Shown: piece after piece, positions 50,201 to 64,000 of the stretch
How the letters are laid out: the number at the start of each line of letters is the position of its first letter
Numbering within the stretch: position 1 is the first letter of the stretch
Origin: Eimeria praecox
Taxonomy: Eukaryota
Assembly (NCBI GenBank): GCA_963920595.1
Contig: OY986948.1
Location: 2,232,001-2,296,000 of the forward strand
Length of the DNA stretch: 64,000 nucleotides
Direction of reading: 5' to 3'
Notes under the pieces: generated by a model
Seen by the model: only the letters and a program-made list of their open reading frames with translations
Told to the model about the DNA's origin: nothing
Database searches by the model: none
Translations under genes and position numbers: made by a program

Positions 50201-51299
50201 GACAGCCGCTTACGATGGCGGTGCAGCCGCTCAGCGCAGTGGTCATGCTGCTTTCGGTCTTAGTGGCGATGGGTACGTCAGCAGAATGAGCAGAACACAC
50301 AAAGCGGATATGCAAGATACAACGGACACGCTTTAACACCCAGGCTCTGCACTGATATAAATGCCGTGCTTTAGTGTTTATTAATATATAGGCAGATATG
50401 TATTTAGAATGCAGCACGAATGGCTTCTGCTGGTGGCGGGGCATGAATTAGATGGGCCTTGCATTTGTTTTCATGGCTGATAGATCACAGGAGTTCGAAG
50501 GTTGATAAGAGGAGATCCAACAGTTAGACTAGCAGAAAGACGTTCATCGTGTAAACAGGCAGATAGAGAGAACAAGGCAGTATTGCGCTGGCATAGAGAC
50601 AGCCAGAGACACAAAGACATAGGTAGCGCAGAGGGAGGCCAGGGATGAGGAAGCGATTCACGAAGTACAGATGGAGGATAGCAGAGAAGCAAAACAGAAG
50701 GAGCGTTGATAGAGTAACAAGGCCGTGAAGAGAGCGCAGACGGACTGAATATACATTAGACAGCGACAAAAGCTTTAGACAGAGGGAGGGGGGCAACGAG
50801 GCAGGCATCAGGCGGAGGTCTTTTGCAGAGTGTATTAATAAGAAACAGACAAGACGAGCTTGGATTTTTGACTTGTGGGACTTCGTTTGCAGCTGTTGTA
50901 CAAGACGGTGAGAGCAACTGGCTAGAAGGAGTGATGCTCATGGCGGCCTATTTAATCATTTCCGTTGTTTTCTGGTGAGCAGCAGACAGATAAACAATAT
51001 TAAGAGTAGATGAAAAGAAATAAGCAAAACGCTACTTGCACACCCAGACAGTCTACCACAATTCCCGTATGATGTGCCGATGGTAGTGTGCTGTGTGCCT
51101 CTCTTACCTTTGTGCTTTTCCAGCATAAGTGTGGACCCGTCCTGTTGTTTAGAGTGTATGCGTTGACTGTGTAGATAGATTTAATTATTTAAGTTTGTGC
51201 GAGCTAGATTCAGCAGGTTTCCGTAAACCCCACGTTTGTTTCTACAGGTTCGACAAGCCGGGTAAAGAAGGAGGGGGAGGGGCGGCGTCCAGCGCTTAG
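44197..51299 (+). CDS. CAX: Ca2+/H+ exchanger (CAX), ~13 exons
   Basis: N-terminal [147 protein letters not shown]; ends [18 protein letters not shown]. Confidence 0.96.
45782..45810. repeat. Interstitial telomere-like (TTTAGGG/AAACCCT)n repeats in introns
   Basis: AGGGTTTGGGGTTTGGGGTTTAGGGTTTAG. Similar degenerate copies at ~26048-26072, ~26334, ~33490-33520, ~46145-46172, ~47095-47128, ~57798-57818 and ~61160-61180. Confidence 0.85.
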
Positions 51300-52286
51300 T
51301 TCATTTTGCGCTTTGTTGCTTGATACGCAAAATGTGTTAGGCTATCTTTGCGTCTGCCGGCTCATTACATTCGACTAAAGGGTCCTGGCCAACTTCCGAA
51401 AACACAAATCAAACTCCCAAACTCTCCCTGTTTGCAGACAGGGCCGTTTTTTAATGTCTTTCATCGGGAACACGCCAGTAGCACTTGTTCGCAATAAGCA
51501 TTCTGGGAGGCTGTTACACCTCGTAGGGTGATTGCTCCAGTTGTTCCTGCTGCTAGCAGCCCAACGTATACTGCATGGGTGCCTTCATTGGCATTATTTT
51601 TTCTCGTTATATTAGTACCAACATATACTAGATGATGGATGATCATCAGTGGGCAAGCAACAGACGGCGCAATAGGCATTAACAGTGATGAGAAATGTTC
51701 CAAGGAGAAGCGCAGGCAGACGCGCTTATTGGCTTACGTGCACTGCGGTCCATGGAGAATAGATGGCAGTTGAGCGGAAATAGAAGCACTGAGCTGGCAT
51801 CTGTTCTCCAGGGTATGCATACGATTTAAGCACAGGAAAACGCACAAGCTCATAAGCACATTTGATGGGTGTTGACTCCAGCAAGCAACGCAGTGCTTGC
51901 TTTGCACACGCTGCAAATAAATGTAGATGGCCAGCAGCTCACTTTCTTCCTCTGGACCTAACGAAGGACGATGATGCTCCCTTTAATACTTTTGAACCGT
52001 TGGACGGTGTGTGCGTTCGTATGCCGTCTCCTGGTACGCGCATTCGCCTCCTTCGGTACAGTTTATCTGATGTGTCGTCCTGCGTGCGGGCAAGCCTTTT
52101 CCCGCGTTGCCGTCAATAACAATCTTGTCTTTTTGTCTTCTTGCATGAAGACGCTGCGGAAGTGGGATGAAAGTGCGACTCGTGAAGGTATGCCAACACG
52201 GTAGGACCATATCATAGGTCTGTTATAAAGCAAAAGTCCTATCCTTTTGCATGAAAGTAAAATTTACGTTACTGCTTATTAAGAAA

Positions 52287-52366
52287 TGACAGAAGTGGGG
52301 TTCGAACCCACGCCCTTTCGGACTGCGGCCTTAACGCAGCGCCTTAGACCACTCGGCCATTCTGCC
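52287..52366 (-). tRNA. tRNA-Leu (anticodon AAG)
   Basis: Reverse complement GGCAGAATGGCCGAGTGGTCTAAGGCGCTGCGTTAAGGCCGCAGTCCGAAAGGGCGTGGGTTCGAACCCCACTTCTGTCA: paired acceptor stem, A box TGGCCGAGTGG, anticodon stem CTGCG/CGCAG with loop TTAAGGC, long variable arm, B box GGTTCGAACCC. Confidence 0.97.
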
Positions 52367-54225
52367 GAAGGTAGCACCGTTTCCCTAATCCATATTGCAG
52401 ACGAACGCTACAGATGACACAGATGAAGAAGAATACGCAGAGCCAGATAGTATAAACCAATGCGATTGGCTTAGTTACTTGTACGATTGCATAGACAACA
52501 AGAAAACGATCTCATCGGCTCTCTTTCCCCTCCTTCCTTTTTGGTCCGCTGCAGTAACATTTGAATAAAAGAATCCGCCCCCGTAGTCTATTCTATGATT
52601 AGTTGCCATCACTCGCAACGCAGGCATGCGCATGAGCTGAGGGGAGAAGGGCTTCAAACCCTAGGTCCACTCCGCAGAACCTTCCTTGCTGCTAACGTCG
52701 TCTCGTGGGCCTTGTGGGCTTAGCAGCTAGAACCGCAAGCAAAGGAATGGCATACAGACACCGTAGATCCGCAGCATCTAAAAGAAACGTTTGGCGGTAG
52801 GTAGCTGTAGCTAGCTGCAGCTACCCATGCAGGTAGATGCATGTAGCTGTGGCTAGCTGCAGCGAGTTGTAGCTATTTGCAGTTATCTCGAACTAGCCTC
52901 TGCAATCCGTGCGATGGTAGGCGCCTCGCGTCTCTAGATGTTCTTTCGACGGGGAATGCTCCTAAGGGCTGCAGTTTACGTGTCCTTGAAACAGCCACTT
53001 GCAGGGGTTGAGGAGAAAAGTCAGAAGCAAGCGGGGAAATCCGCTCCTCGAAAGCAGAACGGCTGCAGCAGCAGAGTAGCCTAAACCGCTAACGCTCGAA
53101 TATGCATCCTCATTCCTAGCCTTTTACATCAACGACTGTGAAGTCTAAACACGAAACGGCGCATGCAAGTCCCATACCAAATGGAGGAACTGCTCGACCC
53201 GGCAGTTTGTTTCTTCAACAACTATAAAGGCTTCACAGGTAGAGAAAGGCACAGAAGACGCACTTTAAATCGTCCCTCCTCCACGCTAAATATTCTTTCC
53301 AGCAGGCCGTGCAAACGGTTGCTGGACTGCTCTTCGCCACTTGTGCAACTTGAGGATTCGCCCAACAGCAGCACCATTGCAACTGAAGTTGAGGGAAAAA
53401 TATGCTCTTGCACTATTCAGGCAAATAAAGAGGGCTGAGCCCGCTCTGCATTCTTAATTAAACTGTCTGCATTGTCTTCTGGCTTCTTTTATCCTTCTTC
53501 CCTCCTCCTCCCTAAACTCTCCGTTGACGGTATCTGAGATTACGTAACAAGTCATCCCTCAGCCATCCCCTACGCTCCCTGCGTAACAAACTGTCCCCCA
53601 GGCTCCCTGCTTATTTCGCTTCTCCCTGCACGTAACTATCCAGCCTGCTAGCTTGCTAAACTGTTAACTCGCTATACACCTGTTTGGCTAGCAAGCTAGA
53701 TACCCCGCCACATCTGAACAGCTCTCTGACGTTGCTGCCCATCTAGAAGCCATGTCTGTGGCCTGTTGCCACAGAAAAGAATTAAACGGCAGCAAACCGT
53801 CCGTCTGGAGAGCTTTCTGCCCTGTGTAACGAAAGAGTGGAACAGAACAAGCAAAGCTGAACCCAACACCTGCCGAGGTGAGGGTAGCCTTGTGCGTGTC
53901 TGTCCTATCTAGCTTCCTTCCCAGTGACAAGGACAACGCACATAGTAAAAAACATTGCTTATTTATTGGCCTTTAGCCTTTAACAAAATGAAATAATTTC
54001 CCAAACCCTCCCCACGTGAGAAAACACAAAAGAACGTTTCAAAGGGGCCCCTCAAGAAGCCCTGGCGGCCCTGCAATACCTCCTGTAAGAAGTAAAAGCG
54101 GCTACAGCAGCTACTGCAGCATGCTGTGCCACAGATATTCCTGAAATCAGGCCTGGGTACAACTCCCGCCAGCAGGTGTTTGCAGCCGGTGTAAGCACAT
54201 TCCAAGAGAGGTGCCTGCACTCGCC

Positions 54226-55055
54226 TCAGCCCTTAAGTAGGGCCCAAGCCAAGCCTATGCTGAAGCCTGCAGTGGGGGGCCCGCTGCCTCCTAGGATTTG
54301 TCTCAGTCGCAGTTTGATGGTCTGGGGATCTTGCAGTTTCGAGGCGCCAACAGCATCTAGCGAGCTCTGCACGACTTCACCTACGCTGGAAGAGGGAAGC
54401 TTGAAGAAACCGTAGTACGACAGTGTCTGTACAGTGGAGATATACAACAGACGCACAACAAGCAGAAGGCAAGCGCTATGAGTTCACCCTTCTGCACTAC
54501 ATGCACGCTCCTGTCCACCCCATTAGATAAACAGGCATACAGATAGGCTTGTATTCCTGCTAAAGAGTCAGCTTATGCTTCGCCCCCTCCCCTCCCCCCT
54601 TCCTTGCTTAGAGTTTGACAGTCAAGTGTGCAGTAGATCTTCATATGCTCTGCTGCCTGATATGGCGCAATTTTCTTTTGTACCTGGGCAGCGAAAAAAC
54701 CGAGACCCGCCATCACAACGCCGAGTTTGACGGCTTTCTTAATAGTTACACCTGCGGCGTATCCAAAGAGGGCCCCCCCTGCAAGTTCGCCGGCGTAGAG
54801 AGTCTCGCAGCCAAAGTGTTGTTTATTGAGCAGAAGCCAGTTGTCTAAAGAGCGCACGCGCATGCATGCACCACAGTAGCCCCACAGAGAATCCAAAGCA
54901 GACAACATCGAAGGACTACTTCTCCAAGCATTTTGTGCCTCATCGACAGCTACAGATACTACGCTCTGCGCAAGACTTAGTCCCTCTTCTCTCTGTCCTC
55001 CCTCACAACGGACGGCGTCCCCAGACACGGGGCCCCTGTCCTCCCTCTGCTGCAT
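54226..55055 (-). CDS. FUN14: FUN14-domain (FUNDC-like) mitochondrial outer-membrane protein, 2 exons
   Basis: GELAGGALFGYAAGVTIKKAVKLGVVMAGLGFFAAQ|TLSYYGFFK...PPTAGFSIGLAWALLKG*, matching the FUN14 pattern GxxxGxxxGxxxKKxxK...Q.L...G...GF..G; CAG|GTACAA donor and TACAG acceptor are in phase. Confidence 0.85.
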
Positions 55056-56311
55056 CTTAGAGAATCAAGGGCAGTTGATGACGCCCACAAGAATGTAAAA
55101 TAGATAAAGCCAATGGGAAAAGTCTGGAGAAAACAAAACAAATCAAATAACAAACACTGGCGGGGAAAGCGGCCGCGGGGGCCCAACGTGCTGCGGCTTT
55201 CGTCCACCGGGCTTCTTCACTGCAACAGGTCAAGTTTTTGTGTTTTAGTGAAGTTTTTATTCAATTAATTAAAAACATCCCCATAAAAACGGGGGGTGCT
55301 TAGGCTTCTTCCTTTAACACAAGAGAGGACGCGTGCATCGAGCCGGTTCCCTGGGAGCGCCTTCGCGTGTGTTCTTCTTGTTCCCTCCTTGTATACTGAA
55401 GTTTCAAACATGTGTGCGTGAGATTCTTATACTTTAAAACAAAAGACATTTACTTCTACATATACTATCTTCGTGCGACAAACAACAATTGCCTTTGTCT
55501 GTGGATGTGCTAGCAGCACGATGAGTCGGCAGCGGTTGCACGCTTTGCAATTTTCGCAGCTTGTACTGCCATTATAGCCAATTGACAGCGACAATATTGA
55601 ATTATTCATGTTAAATGACGCAGTGTGAGGTTATGTCTCTTAAATATACAATAATGGCCGACGGCAACGCGCATCCCAGTCTGTTTGAGTTGGGTATTAT
55701 TTGTTTTTCTACTTTCTCACCGGCTGGCTAATGATAGAAGGGAAGTATTTAACAGCTGTCTACGGTGTAAGCACATGCAGCAAAATGGGGCTTCGGTCTG
55801 CTCGATTATGTTGTTGCCTTGCCCCATGAGCTGCAACAACGAGTGCTGCAATCTTGTCTGCACCTTCCCTAAGCCCTTGTGCTACTGGAAGGGGCTTTGA
55901 AAAGGCCTTTGAAAATGGCTGCATCCAAAGTATTCTGACTCTATTGCAGCTTATTTTGGTCCTCCGCTAATATTTAGGCCCCCATTTCCACTGGGCTTCT
56001 AAGAAAGCGAATGCCCACAGAGACATATTTACCCAGATATACAAGGAACTCATACAGACCATTACATCACAGAGTCCTTCATATTTAGAAAGCCAAGACC
56101 AGCAAGCACCATCTGTGGAGGTTGAGGCACAGCCAAACCATTGCTGCACTAACAGATGTGAACAAGTTTCGCAGGCCATTGCTGTGAAATTGTTTTAACG
56201 TGCAAATCTTTATTAATATACACGCATCTTCATAATCAAAAGGAAGGCTCATAGCCCGCCTCTGCCTGCCGCAACCCTGTGCTGCTACTATTGCATATGC
56301 ATACATACACC

Positions 56312-56392
<81 letters not shown>

Positions 56393-57406
56393 GTTGGGGC
56401 ACCCATGACCCTCCTTAACAGAGACCATGCAGAGAGAGACAAAATCTTCCACCAAATGTTTAGAGTCCTTCACTTGGTTATCCAGCACTGCTGCCTCACG
56501 AATGGTGAGGCCGGAGGAGCCGTTCTTGTCAAGTAACAAAGCCATAGGCTCCATCTCTGCTTCTCGATGCATGCAGCAACCCAGCGTTTGAGGGAAAAAA
56601 CATCTACAGCCCTTGTTGCAGCCAACATCCACGAAGATATATGGCGAAGCAGGATGCGGTGGCGTGACAGCCCTGATATCTTCGTGACATCTTCGTACTG
56701 CGTATGTTCGCTACTCTTACGGTTGGAGGGCAGACAAAACCGCAGAAACATTCATTCAATTCTAAAACCCATTCTTGTAATAGATTCAGGTCTCAGTGGG
56801 AACCCTGATGCACAGCAGTGAAGGTATAAAACACCCTTCTCATCGTTTCAGTGTTAATACTTGAAAAGGGAAGCAGATCATCAGCAAGGAAATGCCTACG
56901 TTAAGAGACAAACGAACTATACGCCTGCGTATTTCTCTGACTTATTCATTCAATTCCCTAATTTCATATCCTGCTGCATGGGCAGATAGCTGCAACCGCT
57001 TGGAAGACAGTCATTTTCTTCTCTTCCTCTAACGGGGCAATGACACCCCTCAAACACTGCCCGGGCTCCCAGAGCCAAGTACCAAAGCCTGAAAGCCGCT
57101 TTGCCTATTGGCGGCAACGTCAACACTAACTACGGTTCTATGCTTACTGTATTGGATTTCCGCCTGGAAACCAAAGCAAGCAGCAACCACAGAAGAAATC
57201 ACCAGTAAATGCAGCAGCACAATACAGCCATTTGAGCTTGGCAACACAATAACGGGCAAAACGACCCTCCTTGCCTACAGATCGCTCTTGCTGTGGCTAC
57301 AAAAAAAGAACTGCCTCCACATATTGACAGAAAAACAAGCTTCAGGCCAATGGCCCATATTCAGATCGTCACAGGTTTCTGTACTCGTCTGCGTTGCATA
57401 GATACA

Positions 57407-57460
<54 letters not shown>

Positions 57461-58503
57461 CACATCTAAGTATGGATTCGAAGTCTACGTTTTTCCGTTC
57501 ACCCTCAGATGCATCGGGTGTACAGGAGAAGAAAAAGGTCCCTGCGCCCGGTTGACTGACTGTGCACCGACTACAGGATGCTATGGGAGCTGCTACATTT
57601 AATTGGTTCTTTAGGCGTGGGAGTGTTGCCCCCCGATTACTTTAACACAAAAATAAAAAGTGCAGAAGCAGCTATGCCTTCCTTTACGCCATCATGACCG
57701 TTCGGTATTGCCTCCTTCTTTGTCCTTGAGAATCGCTTTCGGCGGAAGACGAGAATTCTCCGACGGCGCGTCCCCTGCTCACTATCCCTCTTTTCCCAAA
57801 CCCTAAACTCTAAACCCTATTACTGCCTCCATCATTGCTTGCTGTTTCAAAGCGCCTTCAGTGGAGGCGTGAGAGATCCTCCAAGACATACTAACCCCTC
57901 CTCCCCGTCCTTTTTCGACCCTACGTTCAAAACCTTGCGGAGCTTTCGCATGACGCCGCCTCTTCTTCTGTGTCTGTACACCTACCAGGCTCCCCAAATG
58001 AACTCTGCTGCTGCTGCTGCTTCAGCAGCTGCAACGCCCTTCGCTCTGCTTGCAGCCTTTCGGTCCACAAGTCGTCCATCTCAGTCTGCAGACAAAACGA
58101 CACGCAGCTCAAATGCATGCCTCTGCAGCAGGTGCTAGCACTATTTCGAACACAAGCAAACTAAATTCTAAATGCTTGCACCCATGCATGCGGTGGTAAC
58201 CAGCAGACACCAATCAAGAGTGAGCTCCCATCACAACAACGACGAGAAAGCTAATACCTATAGGGCATCCGGCTATGTTTATTTATTATTGCACCGAAGA
58301 AAATAAACAACAGAAACTAAGATTAGACTTCAAAAACGAAAGAACAGGAGGGTTTCCACCTCTCCAGCGCACCCCAATGGAAGCCTCCTCAGACGCTTGG
58401 GCCCTCCTACTCCCCCTTTTTCTCGATCGGTACACCTGTGCCCCCACGGCCACGACGATCGTTACGAGCATACTGAACAATCAAAGCAGCATCAGCAGTA
58501 GCC

Positions 58504-63166
<4,663 letters not shown>

Positions 63167-64000
63167 GTGCCGGTCTTCCAGTTGTCTGTGCATACGCAGT
63201 CGAGAGGCACTAGAGAGCTGATACGTGACACACGAAAAAATGCAGAAATAGCCGAAATGATAGATGACGCGATCTCTATGTGTTGAGGTCGTTGAAAGCC
63301 TCGAAGCTGCACGGGAGCCGTCGCTCCCTAAGCAACACACAGAAGCCTCTGCAAACAATCTTGAAGAGACCTCTTAAATTTGTTTTGTGTGGAGAAAGAA
63401 AGGCAGGAAAAAGCTGGCATAAGATAACAAGTGAGCATTGCCTCTGCGGGTGTTCAGTTGGACACACTTGCGCAGATCATCGACAGTTTGCTGAAGCCGC
63501 ACTATTTTGTCTTCCAATGAACGGATTATGGTTTCAGAGGCCTCTTTTCCCTGAAAGATGAATGGCTCATCTCCGGTGTATGGGCAGGTCTGCCTGTCAT
63601 CGTGCACGAACGGAACCCCCAAGCTAACGCGAGAACTTGAACAGGTCGATTCCTGGGAACCTGCGGCCGTCCCGAACGTGTAACTCAGTTTCATGGAGAT
63701 CCATGATGCCCAAAAGAATAAAGACAGCGGGAAAAATCCCATGGCTAAGAGGCGAAACGGAAGAATTACGCCAGTCGCTCAAAGTACACACATGTAGCGA
63801 AATGAGTGCCTACCTTGCAACTCCATTAATGCCACTCCACCTCACATATAGGTGCAGGCTCTAGTTAAATCACAAACCTTGCTGAAAACATATTAAAAAT
63901 CAAATTTATATTATTCAAGAGGGTGAGGATTTCTGAACATAAGCACAACTGTTCTCGTCAGCTAAACGCGTAGCCGCGCTATGCAGACGGGCTCACCAGC

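Noticed and set aside
55600..58200. Possible coding fragments on either strand, including an EF-hand-like DKNGSSGLTIRE
   Set aside because: The motif spacing is non-canonical and I could not build a consistent gene model.

Overview
Intron-rich eukaryotic DNA with the hallmarks of an eimeriid coccidian (Eimeria-like apicomplexan): abundant CAG/GCA repeats that translate into poly-A/Q/S runs, interstitial telomere-like AAACCCT repeats, TGCATGCA motifs and long (AT)n tracts. The taxon is inferred from these features only. From left to right: (1) a ~10.3 kb G-poor mosaic repeat array built from four shuffled modules; (2) a signal-peptide/TM/RRLA first exon (Eimeria-specific-family type) that reads into the array; (3) a decayed, internally deleted Ty3/gypsy chromovirus relic; (4) a large multi-exon TRIP12/UFD4/UPL3-type HECT E3 ligase (-); (5) a GILT-family thiol reductase (-) lying head-to-head with an intronless membrane-protein ORF (+); (6) RPL37A (+); (7) a CAX Ca2+/H+ exchanger (+); (8) tRNA-Leu(AAG) (-); (9) a FUN14-domain gene (-); (10) a WD40/VPS41-like gene (-) that appears to lack the C-terminal solenoid and to use two GC-AG introns. 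Gene models were spliced by eye and boundaries are approximate where stated.
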